Assembly (NCBI GenBank): GCA_038062135.1
Contig: JBBTXT010000012.1
Coordinates: 1-38,812, forward strand
Source of the DNA: Patescibacteria group bacterium
GTDB taxonomy: Bacteria > Patescibacteriota > Minisyncoccia > 2-02-FULL-40-12 > GWA2-44-9
Reading direction: 5' to 3'
DNA: 38,812 nucleotides
Shown: positions 18,481-27,799 of the stretch, one piece after another
Layout: the number at the start of each line of letters is the position of its first letter
How positions within the stretch are numbered: the stretch's first letter is position 1
The notes under the pieces: generated by a model
The model's database searches: none
What the model saw: only the letters and a program-made list of their open reading frames with translations
What the model was told of the DNA's origin: nothing
Translations under genes and position numbers: made by a program

Positions 18481-19223
18481 AGTACAAGAACCTTGAAGAG
18501 TTTAAAACAAGCTCCGGCTACGATGTTGATGGTCTTTGGTATCCTCGGGTAACCTCTATTATCTCCATCAAAGCTAAGCCGGAGCTTTATCGCTATTACG
18601 GCGGTCTCCCCAGCTTTGCGGCCGGTGAGGCAATCAAAGAACGCTCTGCCCTAGAGGGTCAGGCGGTTCATAGCGCCGTTGAATCTATTTTAAAGCGAGA
18701 ACACGCAGAGATCCCCCGCCATATTCAGCCGGCCGTGGATGCGTTTATTGAATTCGCCCGTCATCATCAAATCAATCCGCTTAAAATAGAAGAGCGCGTG
18801 GCAAGCAAGACTCATCGCTATGCCGGAACGATAGATGTTTTGGCGGAAGTGGACGGTGTAGTGGGTGTTTTGGACATTAAAACTTCGCAAGCTATTTATC
18901 GCGATTACGGAATGCAGACGGCGGCATACGTTGAAGCGTTTAAAGAAGACCCCAACCTTCCCCCGCTCACAAGTTGGATTTTAAGATTGGATCAAGCGCA
19001 AGTATGTAATCTGTGTGGGGCCAAAATGCGCTCCAAGGGCGGAAACACAAAAATTAGAAACAACACAAAGAGTTGGCGAAATAATTGCCAGCACGAATGG
19101 TCAGAAGTTAGAGGTGAGTATGAGTTTCAAGAAGTCCCCGATTTTGAACACAACATCAAAGCATTCCTTGGCGCTAAAGCGCTATGGGAATGGGAACACC
19201 ACGAGTTTTTAGAAAAAATTTAA
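18477..19223 (+). CDS. PD-(D/E)XK nuclease (RecB/Cas4-like) with Cys insert
   Basis: G.AVH, EE, YAGTID..LDIKT, Q..AY; CNLC...CQH; ATGA overlap with the upstream stop. Confidence 0.85.
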   Translation: MKYKNLEEFKTSSGYDVDGLWYPRVTSIISIKAKPELYRYYGGLPSFAAGEAIKERSALEGQAVHSAVESILKREHAEIPRHIQPAVDAFIEFARHHQINPLKIEERVASKTHRYAGTIDVLAEVDGVVGVLDIKTSQAIYRDYGMQTAAYVEAFKEDPNLPPLTSWILRLDQAQVCNLCGAKMRSKGGNTKIRNNTKSWRNNCQHEWSEVRGEYEFQEVPDFEHNIKAFLGAKALWEWEHHEFLEKI

Positions 19224-19241
19224 TAAAAAAGCCCGCTACAC

Positions 19242-19296
19242 TTGATTTTAAGCGGGAAAAGTGTTATGATATCTATGAACGTATTTAAGGGGGAGG
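19242..19296 (+). promoter_or_regulatory. sigma70 promoter and SD of mini-cassette 2
   Basis: TTGATT 19242-19247, 17 nt, TGtTATGAT (19265-19270); AAGGGGGAGG ending at 19296. Confidence 0.7.
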
Positions 19297-19304
19297 AACC
19301 GTAA

Positions 19305-19550
19305 ATGAAGAGTAATATCGTCTTTGTGATCCTAGTGATCCTGCTGGTTGGTGTCACTGGGAGACGTTGCCTCGTCGAGAGTAGGATGAACAAAGACGGC
19401 AAGAAGTTCGACGAGGGCTACAACGACGGGTGTGCCGACGTAAAGAGCAAGACGGGCAAGAAGGCGTTCTACGTCAAGCAAGATGGGCCGTATGTGCTCG
19501 GCTACAACGCTGGGTACAACGACTGTGTGACGGCCAGACCGAGCCGGTGA
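19305..19550 (+). CDS. Small exported protein with repeated [YF]xxGYxxG motifs (mini-cassette 2)
   Basis: 81 aa; N-terminal hydrophobic signal; FDEGYNDGC and YVLGYNAGYNDC; GC-rich codons. Confidence 0.75.
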   Translation: MKSNIVFVILVILLVGVTGRRCLVESRMNKDGKKFDEGYNDGCADVKSKTGKKAFYVKQDGPYVLGYNAGYNDCVTARPSR

Positions 19551-19554
19551 CCGG

Positions 19555-19609
19555 GATGCCGGGTGGGTGTGCGCAAAGTATCGCGCCACTCCCCGGCTAT
19601 TTAATTTTT
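19555..19609 (+). terminator. Bulged GC hairpin with T tract (homologous to 33558-33619)
   Basis: GAT-GCCGGG-T-GGGTG-t-GCGC..GCGC-CACTC-CCCGGC-TATTTAATTTTT. Confidence 0.75.
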
Positions 19610-19615
19610 ATAAAC

Positions 19616-19999
19616 TTATTGGCAATTACCTGCTAGAGTATACCCCGCTGTTTCAGCCGCCTGGGCGGTATCAAACCAAATTTGATTCTCTGGATTTATT
19701 TGTTTTGCTCCGGCGCACCAGATATGATGATACTTCTTAGAACTAGAATTTTTTGAAACGACAACGCGCGGATCCTTAGGTTGCGGAGCTTTTTGAACAA
19801 CGGTCTTATCCCCCTCTGTTTCTTGTGCTCCGGAAACGGCATTAAAAATTGAGGCATCCTGGGTTACTTTCAGGGGCGACTTTTGAACGGCCTGCATGCC
19901 GCCGAGGTTGTAGCTGATAACGGCTATCATGGCGACAGAAGTCACCATAAAAAGCTCATAGGCGTAGGATTTGACCCATTTGGCCATTTTTGCTATCAT
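19616..19999 (-). CDS. Membrane-anchored protein with Ada-like metal-binding C-terminal domain
   Basis: One TM, linker, then SK.S.KYH..WC...KQI..EN..WF.T...AE.AGY. Confidence 0.8.
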   Translation of the reverse strand: MIAKMAKWVKSYAYELFMVTSVAMIAVISYNLGGMQAVQKSPLKVTQDASIFNAVSGAQETEGDKTVVQKAPQPKDPRVVVSKNSSSKKYHHIWCAGAKQINPENQIWFDTAQAAETAGYTLAGNCQ

Positions 20000-20025
20000 A
20001 TTCGTGCTTTTATTCTAACACAGCT

Positions 20026-20304
20026 ATGGCACATACAAAGGCAATAGGAACGACACAACTAGGCCGCGATTCACGGCCTAAGTACCGTGGCTTAAAACTC
20101 CACGACGGCCAACCGGCCAAGGCCGGAAGTATTATTATTCGCCAAACCGGGAGCTCGTTTTGGCCGGGAGAAGGTGTCCGACAGGGTTCGGATTATACTA
20201 TTTACGCTGTTATAACCGGCAAGGTAAAGTTCACAACTAGGCTAAAAAAGAACTACGACGGCTCCAGAAAGATTATGAAGATCGTCAATGTGGTTGCTAA
20301 GTAA
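20026..20304 (+). CDS. rpmA: 50S ribosomal protein L27
   Basis: MAHTKAIGTTQLGRDS.PKYRGLK..G.IIIRQ.G. Confidence 0.95.
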   Translation: MAHTKAIGTTQLGRDSRPKYRGLKLHDGQPAKAGSIIIRQTGSSFWPGEGVRQGSDYTIYAVITGKVKFTTRLKKNYDGSRKIMKIVNVVAK

Positions 20305-20309
20305 ATCAG

Positions 20310-20345
20310 CTAACTAAAACACCCCAGGCGGGGTGTCTTAGTTAG
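20310..20345. terminator. Hairpin between convergent rpmA and rplI
   Basis: CTAACTAAAACACCCC-aggc-GGGGTGTCTTAGTTAG. Confidence 0.7.
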
Positions 20346-20359
20346 TCTTGATCCGTGGC

Positions 20360-20818
20360 CTAGCGGCCTTCCTTAGCGGTAATATTAACCTTTATGGTAG
20401 CGGATACTTCGTTGGTAAACTTTATCTCAACTTCATGTTCCCCGACGGTTTTGATGGCGTGTTCATGAATATGGATGGCATCCTCCGCTACCTCATACCC
20501 AGTTGATTTCTTAAGCGCTTCGGCGATCTCTTTTCGGCCTACCGCCGCAAAGAGCTTGCCGGATGAATTTGCTTTTTCCGAAAGTTCCAATACGACATCT
20601 TTGAGTTTGTCAGCAATTTCTTTAGCTTGAGCTTCCTCAATTTTTGTCTGCTCGCTCAGCTTTTTCTTTAAGTTCTCGGCTTCTTTAACCGAATTCGCGC
20701 TGGCCGCTTTAGCCATGCCGTGAGGGAGTAAATAATTGCGGGCGTAGCCGTCCGCAATTTCTTTGATATCCCCTATCTGTCCGACTCCGCGTATGTTTTT
20801 TAAAAATATAACTTTCAT
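20360..20818 (-). CDS. rplI: 50S ribosomal protein L9
   Basis: MKVIFLKNI.GVG..GDIKEIADGYARNYLLP; GKLFAAV. Confidence 0.96.
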   Translation of the reverse strand: MKVIFLKNIRGVGQIGDIKEIADGYARNYLLPHGMAKAASANSVKEAENLKKKLSEQTKIEEAQAKEIADKLKDVVLELSEKANSSGKLFAAVGRKEIAEALKKSTGYEVAEDAIHIHEHAIKTVGEHEVEIKFTNEVSATIKVNITAKEGR

Positions 20819-20832
20819 AGATAGTATCTTGA

Positions 20833-20992
20833 GCGAACGGCTGCCCCTTCTCGCCGAACTCACGGAGGCGGATTAGCTTGGCCGGACTGGTAAAATCTTG
20901 CAAGACCAGTCCGTAATCCGCCGAGTGTGTAGGCCCCATGACGCCGCCGGAGCGGCATGAGGGCTGGTCTGGCGAAAGGGATTGCCGTTCGC
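20833..20992. ncRNA. Candidate 160-nt structured RNA (6S-like or Y-shaped)
   Basis: Nested perfect helices GCGAACGGC/GCCGTTCGC, CCCTT/AAGGG, TCGCC/GGCGA, GGCGGATTA/TAATCCGCC, CGGACTGGT/ACCAGTCCG, plus a side hairpin 20933-20964. Confidence 0.55.
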
Positions 20993-20999
20993 GTAAAGC

Positions 21000-22238
21000 C
21001 TAGGGATTATTGACGATCTTGATTGCCCTGTCAAGCTGCGGGTCTTTACCCGGTTCGCCGATTGTTATCTCGCCTTTTTTGAATGCCTCCGGGTCAATGG
21101 CAATTTTTACATCCGCCTCAATGCCGGTTTCTGAAATTGAAACGCCGTTCGGGGTAAGCCACTTAGCGATCGTAACCTTAAGCGATGAACCATCGGAAAA
21201 CTTCTCCAGTTCTTGGACGGAACCCTTGCCGAAACTCTTTTCTCCAACAAGTGTTATGCCCCTGTTATCATGCACGGCGCCGGCCAGGATTTCAGAAGCG
21301 GACGCCGAACCGCCGTTGATCATAAACGCCGTCGGATATTCGCGAAGCGCTGCGTTTCCGTCCGTTCTATACTCGCGACGAGTTTTATCGCCGAACTCCT
21401 GAATCGTAACGAGGCTGTTGCGGGACAAAAACCAGCCAGCTGTCGTAACCGAAGAATCTAATAGGCCGCCCGGATTGTTGCGAAGGTCTACGATAATTTT
21501 TTTAGCTTTGGACTGGGTGATTTCTTTTACGATATTTTCAAACTCACGATCCAGATTCTGGCTAAAGGTCGTCAGCTCAATATAGGCAATATCGCCGTCT
21601 AGCATCTTCCAAGTTGCGGCGGCAACCTTGATTACATCGCGCACAATAGTTACTTCTCGAGTTTCAGAATCAGTTCCCGAGTTGATGGTAAGGGTAACTT
21701 TTGTACCCTTTGGCCCGCGGATCTGTTTAACCGCTTCCTCAACCGAAATTCCTTCCGTTGATTCTTCGTTAATTCTTAAAATTCGGTCTCCAGCCTTGAG
21801 ACCGGCCTTCATTGCGGGGCTGTCTTTAAGCGGAGATATTACAACCAGCGCCCCGTCGCGTTTTCCGATTTCCATGCCAACGCCGCTGAATGCTCCAGCA
21901 ATATCTTCTTCAAATTTTTTGCTTTCTACCGGTTCAAAAAATGTCGTATAAGGGTCCCCCACGGCTCCAACCATGCCCTGAATGGCCCCGTATACCATCG
22001 CACGTGTGTTGAGCTTACCTTGGTCCACGTAGCGATCGCGAAGAGTTGTCCAAACCTGCCAGAAAAGGCTGAAATCAACATCGTTGGGTTTGCCCAGGTC
22101 TTGGTTAATCAGATTCTCAAGAGCGGCGGTAACCGCGCCGTTACCCTCTTTGTGAGCAAATAGAAACCCTCCGCCAAAACCAATAGCGAGGGAAACGATT
22201 ATAGAAGCTATTAAAACTTTTCTTCCGATTAATTCCAT
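21000..22238 (-). CDS. ctpA: Carboxyl-terminal processing protease (S41A, PDZ)
   Basis: DPYT, PDZ, DLRNNPGGLL, SASASEI, GEKSFGKGSVQ. Confidence 0.93.
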   Translation of the reverse strand: MELIGRKVLIASIIVSLAIGFGGGFLFAHKEGNGAVTAALENLINQDLGKPNDVDFSLFWQVWTTLRDRYVDQGKLNTRAMVYGAIQGMVGAVGDPYTTFFEPVESKKFEEDIAGAFSGVGMEIGKRDGALVVISPLKDSPAMKAGLKAGDRILRINEESTEGISVEEAVKQIRGPKGTKVTLTINSGTDSETREVTIVRDVIKVAAATWKMLDGDIAYIELTTFSQNLDREFENIVKEITQSKAKKIIVDLRNNPGGLLDSSVTTAGWFLSRNSLVTIQEFGDKTRREYRTDGNAALREYPTAFMINGGSASASEILAGAVHDNRGITLVGEKSFGKGSVQELEKFSDGSSLKVTIAKWLTPNGVSISETGIEADVKIAIDPEAFKKGEITIGEPGKDPQLDRAIKIVNNP

Positions 22239-22239
22239 T

Positions 22240-23070
22240 TTATTTTCTTTTTGGGCGAATGCCGTGAATGAAGAAGTATCGAATGCCGTCGGTAAGGTGC
22301 CAGCGTGCCTCCCGCTTAAATATCAGGTCCCACAACGGAAAGCCGCCTTTTGAGCTGCGGCCTAGATAGTGATACAGCTTGGCGCCCGGATAATAGACAA
22401 CCTTCAAGCCATTTTCCCAAAATCGGTGAGCCCAGTCAACATCGCTAAAATAATGAAAAAGTTTTTCATTCAGGAGGCCGATCTTTTCCATAGCTTTACG
22501 AGACACCATCATTGCCGCTCCGGATATCCAATCCGGCTCAATAATCTGTTTTGGGTCCGTGTCGTGCATCAAAAAAGAATCAAGGATTCTTTTTCCGCCT
22601 GGCAACTCCGGCAATCTCCGGTAGATAACCGTTAACGGCGTGTAAAAACGAAAATAAGAATCCTGGTGCGTGTCGGTGAAGTTTAACAGTTCCGGGCCAA
22701 TGAGTCCGATTTCCGGGTGCTGGCGATGAAAATCTAAAAGAGATTTAATCGCGCCGGGGCGCACGATAATATCGTAATTTAGCGACAGGATATATTCTCC
22801 CCTTGCAGCGCGAAATCCTTCATTGACCCCGCGTGTATAGCCCGTGTTCTCCTTTAACGGCAAGAGGCGCAGGTTCGGAATCTTACCCACAAACTCTTCC
22901 AAGACTACATTTTGAGTCTCGGGGATGGTCGCATTGTCCACAACGATTGTCTCGGTGGTTATATCGCGGGGCAACGCTTCGGCCAGCGAATTTAAACACA
23001 TCCTAAGCATTGCGGGATTGCGGTAGCTTAGGATGGTAATAGAGAGGTCGTATGATTCTTGGGCACTCAT
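22240..23070 (-). CDS. Glycosyltransferase family 2 (WbbL-like)
   Basis: VVDNA, N.GY..GVN.G, LNYD, WISGAAMM, YFSDVDW. Confidence 0.9.
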   Translation of the reverse strand: MSAQESYDLSITILSYRNPAMLRMCLNSLAEALPRDITTETIVVDNATIPETQNVVLEEFVGKIPNLRLLPLKENTGYTRGVNEGFRAARGEYILSLNYDIIVRPGAIKSLLDFHRQHPEIGLIGPELLNFTDTHQDSYFRFYTPLTVIYRRLPELPGGKRILDSFLMHDTDPKQIIEPDWISGAAMMVSRKAMEKIGLLNEKLFHYFSDVDWAHRFWENGLKVVYYPGAKLYHYLGRSSKGGFPLWDLIFKREARWHLTDGIRYFFIHGIRPKRK

Positions 23071-24050
23071 GGTTTGGCCGGAGTCAGGGTTCCTTTAAAG
23101 TAATCCTGAATAGTCTTTAGGGTGTCGTTCTTTGGAAGGAGAATATAAATTTCTGGAATATCCGGGTGGTAGAGCAGGTTGTCGGGCGACAGAACCTCTC
23201 GGCGCATTGAACCGGACACGTTTTCAAAGTCCTTAGCCAGATTAATCAGTGTTCCGGTGTCGGTCAAATTAAAATCTGTCGTAATATGATTGCGAACGGT
23301 ATTTAAGAAACTTAATGCATCCAAGGGATTTGATAATAGGTCCATCTGTCCGACTTTTGTTTTTATGGCGCTGATAATTTGTTGCTGTCGACGGGCGCGG
23401 TCAAAGTCACTGGATGAATAGCGGGAACGGGCATAATAAAGGGCTTGTTCGCCGTTTAGGTGGTTTTCCCCGGCCGGCAGAGAAAATTCGTAACCCCACT
23501 GACTTTTTTCATAAAAAGGCTTATCAAGCGTTACATCAATGCCTCCAAGCCCGTCAATTATTTGTTTGAAGGCGGCGAAATCAAACACGACGGCGTTATC
23601 TATGTAAACTCCGGTAACCTTTGAAAATAGTTGGCGTGTTTTTTTGAGGCCGAGCGTTTCATAGGCCGCATTTATTTTATTGGCGTGCTTATCATTAAAG
23701 TAAACGTATAAGTCGCGCGGAATTGAGACCAGTGATGAACGCTTAGTTTGGCGATCGTAACTGAAAAGCATGATTGTGTCCGTTAACAATCCTCCGTCAG
23801 GATCATCCTTACCCCGCAAGCCGAGAATAAGAATATCCAGCCGGTCCTTTTCTTCTTTCGGCAAAACATATTCGGATAAATTGAGCTTATCTTTGGCAAA
23901 CGGGAAAATCAAAGCCTTTTCATCTTCTGTTTTAGTGTTGTTGCCGATAACATCAATTTCTTTATTAAAAAAACCTTTAACCCACCATAAAACGCCGCCC
24001 ACAATGACGGCTAATATCGCCAGAAAAATAGTTTTCTTGGTCAGGTGCAT
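23067..24050 (-). CDS. LytR-CpsA-Psr (LCP) family phosphotransferase
   Basis: N-terminal TM, LTDTIML, SIPRDLYV, KINAAY, YARSR..SDFDRARRQQ. Confidence 0.92.
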   Translation of the reverse strand: MHLTKKTIFLAILAVIVGGVLWWVKGFFNKEIDVIGNNTKTEDEKALIFPFAKDKLNLSEYVLPKEEKDRLDILILGLRGKDDPDGGLLTDTIMLFSYDRQTKRSSLVSIPRDLYVYFNDKHANKINAAYETLGLKKTRQLFSKVTGVYIDNAVVFDFAAFKQIIDGLGGIDVTLDKPFYEKSQWGYEFSLPAGENHLNGEQALYYARSRYSSSDFDRARRQQQIISAIKTKVGQMDLLSNPLDALSFLNTVRNHITTDFNLTDTGTLINLAKDFENVSGSMRREVLSPDNLLYHPDIPEIYILLPKNDTLKTIQDYFKGTLTPAKP

Positions 24051-24055
24051 GCTCG

Positions 24056-25087
24056 CTATATAAACCAACGATGAATCTCGGACGGTGTAACTCGCGCTGC
24101 CGCCATAACCATTTTTCGGCGGCGGAGCATTTTAGGCAACAGTTTTAAGAATCTCACGATTTCAAGAAACATTGCCCGCTCAAATAAAATCCAATACCCA
24201 AATGTTGCAATCTCGCGGATTAGTATCCGCGGCGCATCCTTCAGAATATTGATTATATAGTCATTTTTGATGATTGTAAATCTAACATTTGACCAATCTA
24301 GGCGTCTCTTGTGTATCGGAATAGAGCGACGCAATGACAGTCTTTTTACCTGTCCGAGAACAGGAATTTCTGCGGCTCCTTTTGTCGTTGAACGGTCGTG
24401 CCATCCGATCATACTCGGAACAAACAACTGTTTCCATCCGAACATGTTTATGCGCCAGGCAATATCTAAATCATCCCCATACCAAAAGTAATCCGGATCG
24501 GCTATTTTATCCTCAATGCGAATGTCTTCAAGCGCGGTGCGCCGGAAAAAAGGAACGGCACCTTCAACTCCGAATATTTCCTCGGATTTATTATATTGCC
24601 CGAAATCGCGCTCCCCGTGTCCGATATTTCCAATTTTTCTGGATTTAAATATTTTAAAACCGCAAGTATCTATTATCTTTCCGGAGCGATATGAATTATT
24701 TGCGAGCTGATCAAAGTGATACTGATAAAGCTTGCCTTGGATTGCCCCGATCCTCGCATCTTTTTGTATTTCCCCTAAAGCGTACGACACAAATTCCTCC
24801 TCTATCATTACATCCACAGAAAGAGACACAATATATTCTCCCGTTGCGTACTCCAGCGCTGCCTCCTGTCCAGGCCACGTGCCGAGGTTGGTCGGATTCT
24901 TTACCATCTTAACGCCGGGAAATTCCTGGCTGACGATTTCTCTTGTGCGGTCGGTTGACGCGTTATCAAAAACAACAACTTCGCAGTTGGGATACTTTTG
25001 TGCTAGCGTCGCGCGCAAGCAGTGGCGGATATATTTTTCGCCGTTATAAACAACGACGACAATGCTAACGAGAGGAGATTGTTCCAT
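24056..25087 (-). CDS. Glycosyltransferase family 2
   Basis: VSIVVVVYNGEKYI..CL, FDNASTD, YGDDLDIAWR. Confidence 0.9.
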   Translation of the reverse strand: MEQSPLVSIVVVVYNGEKYIRHCLRATLAQKYPNCEVVVFDNASTDRTREIVSQEFPGVKMVKNPTNLGTWPGQEAALEYATGEYIVSLSVDVMIEEEFVSYALGEIQKDARIGAIQGKLYQYHFDQLANNSYRSGKIIDTCGFKIFKSRKIGNIGHGERDFGQYNKSEEIFGVEGAVPFFRRTALEDIRIEDKIADPDYFWYGDDLDIAWRINMFGWKQLFVPSMIGWHDRSTTKGAAEIPVLGQVKRLSLRRSIPIHKRRLDWSNVRFTIIKNDYIINILKDAPRILIREIATFGYWILFERAMFLEIVRFLKLLPKMLRRRKMVMAAARVTPSEIHRWFI

Positions 25088-26651
25088 TTTCTTTAACGTC
25101 AGCTACCAAGCCGACAGTTACTACAAACAACAAGAATGCTCTTTCATCAAATAGAGCAACATCAGTCAGTGAGTAGGCCATAACCCAGGGGATGTATAAA
25201 ACCAACGCTCCAAAATAAACGGCGAGGGATGCGTCTTTTGTGGCGACGAAATTTTTGTAAGCCGTACTGAATAGCCGCCACAGCAACCAGATTGAAATAA
25301 TAAGTCCTAGTACGCCGATCTCTGCCGCAATGTTCAGATATATGTTATGTGCCGATGATCCTGCCTTGGCGAGGAATATCTTTTGATCAAGCACTACCGG
25401 AAAGTTTCCGATGCCGACTCCGAGCAGTGGGTGTTCTTTAATTGAGCTTATGGATTTTTTCCAGATTTCAATTCGTTGCGCATTAGAAGTTTCCCCAAAA
25501 TCAATTATTGAACGTATCCGGCCGGCGAGCAGGCTCCAGTCCCCTTTTGAGAGTAAAAATTGAGGCGAAGTAAAAATCGGATAAGCTAAACTGAATAACA
25601 TAAAGAATAGAACCAGGAATGAGGATGTGTAAGAAAATAGCGCTCTCCTTTCCCTGGATACTCCCTCCTTGCGTGCATATAAGGCCATTAGAACGGCCAA
25701 AACAACAACTCCTATACTGGCAGCCCAAATACCCCTTGTACCGCTTAAAATGGCGATTAGAAAGGCCAGGGGCACCCAAAGGATAAACAGAGTGGGGCGG
25801 GTTCGGACAAGCTGTTTTAGGCTTAATCCCAAGCTGGAAATCTTGCGGGTTGCGACAGCAAATAGCGCCGGGATTCCCAACAGCACAAATATGGGAAATG
25901 AATGAGAATCCGGGAATAAAGAGAAAACGCGCAGGGACAACTGGTCTCCGTAATAGGCAAACCATGTGTTGCCCAACCGGACAGCAATATCTGACCACAC
26001 CGCCCCAAACTGTCGCATCTGAATTCCCTCGCCCCAGACCCGCATGAATTGGTAAATGTCTATAAAATATGTGGCGATGACTTGAATGTATCCTGCGGTA
26101 ATCGCTAAAACGGTTGCAGTAGCGATACTTTTGACTAAGCGACCCGCGACAAGCGACCCGCGACAAACTAAGTCATAAATAATGAAACCGATCAACGAAA
26201 GATTTAAAAAATATATGATTCTCTTTATTGCCACGATTTTATCCGGTGCGACAAATACCGATATAATTGCAATTAAAAAAAGCGTAATAAGCGCTATCGC
26301 CGTCTTTGATCGCAAAATTCTGCGGAACAGATCATAATACCTTGTCGCTTGTTGCTTGTTGCCATATTGCCACAGCCAGCGGCCAAACAATATAAGCGAC
26401 AAAATCCGCCAAGTGTTGAAGTTATCAAAAGTCGGCGTCAGCGGGAGCGCTAAAAAAAGAGGTATAGAACGTACAAATAAATTAAGCGCATCTTCAATTG
26501 GCGCCAGGAGCGTGTAGAGCGCTAATCCGCTCCCCAGCCAGAGGGCAGCCTGTCGGGGAATAATTCCCAAAACAATCAAGACAAAGAGGATAATTTCCAG
26601 CACAAAAACCGCATTTAGCGGCGTTATTAGAGCTCGTAATCTGGCGATCAT
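25065..26651 (-). CDS. O-antigen ligase / Wzy_C-like membrane glycosyltransferase
   Basis: About 12 TM; LSGTRG; R..IW..S...I..HPLLGVG.GNF; AHNIYL..AAEIG. Confidence 0.88.
   Translation of the reverse strand: MIARLRALITPLNAVFVLEIILFVLIVLGIIPRQAALWLGSGLALYTLLAPIEDALNLFVRSIPLFLALPLTPTFDNFNTWRILSLILFGRWLWQYGNKQQATRYYDLFRRILRSKTAIALITLFLIAIISVFVAPDKIVAIKRIIYFLNLSLIGFIIYDLVCRGSLVAGRLVKSIATATVLAITAGYIQVIATYFIDIYQFMRVWGEGIQMRQFGAVWSDIAVRLGNTWFAYYGDQLSLRVFSLFPDSHSFPIFVLLGIPALFAVATRKISSLGLSLKQLVRTRPTLFILWVPLAFLIAILSGTRGIWAASIGVVVLAVLMALYARKEGVSRERRALFSYTSSFLVLFFMLFSLAYPIFTSPQFLLSKGDWSLLAGRIRSIIDFGETSNAQRIEIWKKSISSIKEHPLLGVGIGNFPVVLDQKIFLAKAGSSAHNIYLNIAAEIGVLGLIISIWLLWRLFSTAYKNFVATKDASLAVYFGALVLYIPWVMAYSLTDVALFDERAFLLFVVTVGLVADVKENGTISSR
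26137..26166. repeat. Intragenic tandem repeat, 2 x 14 bp (heptamer-based)
   Basis: AAGCGACCCGCGAC twice plus AA. Confidence 0.7.
26341..26361. repeat. Intragenic 3 x 7-bp tandem repeat
   Basis: CTTGTCG CTTGTTG CTTGTTG. Confidence 0.6.
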
Positions 26652-26683
26652 AATTTATTTACCCTAGCACAAAAAAATGGGTT

Positions 26684-27799
26684 TTAAAACGTTTTCAGTG
26701 CGTCCAGCAGCCGATCTGCGTGAGATTTCCAAGTAAACTGGCTAACAACGCTTGGGGCCGAATTAAGTATCTTTTCCCGGCGATCTGTGTCAGTTAGGGT
26801 ATCCCTCAATGTATTATAGATTGATTCAATGGTTATCAGTTCTGGAACCATAAAAGCATTATCTCCAAAAAGTTCATGGCTTAAGGTGTTGTCGGCCACC
26901 ACCGGAATACTTCCGTGTGCAAGCGCTTCAAGCGGCGGCAAACCAAATGCCTCCCTGCTTGAAATGTACGTTATTGCCTTGGCGTGTTTGTAGAGCGACG
27001 ATAGTTCCTTGTCTGAAACATTTTTCCGATGTATGGCGCGAGACGAACCAAGGCGATTGTTAATTTCATTGATTAGGCCATCAATAATTAGCGGCGAATA
27101 TTTATCCGTTCCAACGAATATAAAATCCAGGTTCGGAAACTCCGGCGCCAGTTTTTCAAACGCCAAGAGGGTTTCTCTAAGATGCCTGCGCGGGAACGCC
27201 TGGCCAACGAATAAAACAAAGGGTTCAGGGGTTAGGGTGTAGGGTTTAGTAGCAACAGAAGGCAAATCAACTCCGAGGTGGTTTACGGCAATCCTATCCG
27301 GATTAATTTTAAAAAGCCGAACTAGTTCCCGTTTTGATGTTTCAGAAATAGCCATAATCTTGGTTGCAAATCGGGCTGCCCAGTTGCCAAACACCCAGTA
27401 TGCCAAGCGATGATGAGGACGTTGATCAGGAGATCGCATTTCGTAATAGATATCGTCAGTTAGAAGAACGAGCGATTTTCCCCAGAAAATTATCGGCAGC
27501 ATGTAATTTGGGAAATACATCGCGTTTAGTCGGGCAAACCAAAGCCGGATCGGTAAGAAAACATAGTAATAAAGAACAAATGAGCGATATGAAAATGGCT
27601 GCCAAACTACCTCTTTAATAAATATCGGATTATCTAAGAACGGATAATCAGGAATTTTTGATTTAAAGTAAAGATAAAAGCGATGTGTCTTGGCCAATTC
27701 CGGTCGGCGCGAAATCTCTTCAAGCGTCTTTAAAATGATACGGGCGATGCCGAACGTGTCTTGCTCAATTGATTCACACTCAATACCGATTCGCTTCAT
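26684..27799 (-). CDS. Glycosyltransferase family 4 (GT-B)
   Basis: AISETSKREL, EAFGLPPLEALAHG. Confidence 0.9.
   Translation of the reverse strand: MKRIGIECESIEQDTFGIARIILKTLEEISRRPELAKTHRFYLYFKSKIPDYPFLDNPIFIKEVVWQPFSYRSFVLYYYVFLPIRLWFARLNAMYFPNYMLPIIFWGKSLVLLTDDIYYEMRSPDQRPHHRLAYWVFGNWAARFATKIMAISETSKRELVRLFKINPDRIAVNHLGVDLPSVATKPYTLTPEPFVLFVGQAFPRRHLRETLLAFEKLAPEFPNLDFIFVGTDKYSPLIIDGLINEINNRLGSSRAIHRKNVSDKELSSLYKHAKAITYISSREAFGLPPLEALAHGSIPVVADNTLSHELFGDNAFMVPELITIESIYNTLRDTLTDTDRREKILNSAPSVVSQFTWKSHADRLLDALKTF
27221..27248. repeat. Intragenic degenerate 4 x 7-bp tandem repeat
   Basis: GGGTTCA GGGGTTA GGGTGTA GGGTTTA, encoding the inter-domain linker TKPYTLTPEP. Confidence 0.55.

Noticed and set aside
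18477-19223. Cas4 / CRISPR-Cas locus
   Set aside because: No array or other cas genes, and the four-Cys Fe-S arrangement of Cas4 is not present
19555-19609. Integron attC site
   Set aside because: No RYYYAAC/GTTRRRY core sites, no integrase in the window, and the cassettes have their own promoters
20709-20939. 76-aa ORF and the upstream extension of rplI to 20863
   Set aside because: They run through the structured element; L9 similarity starts at 20818
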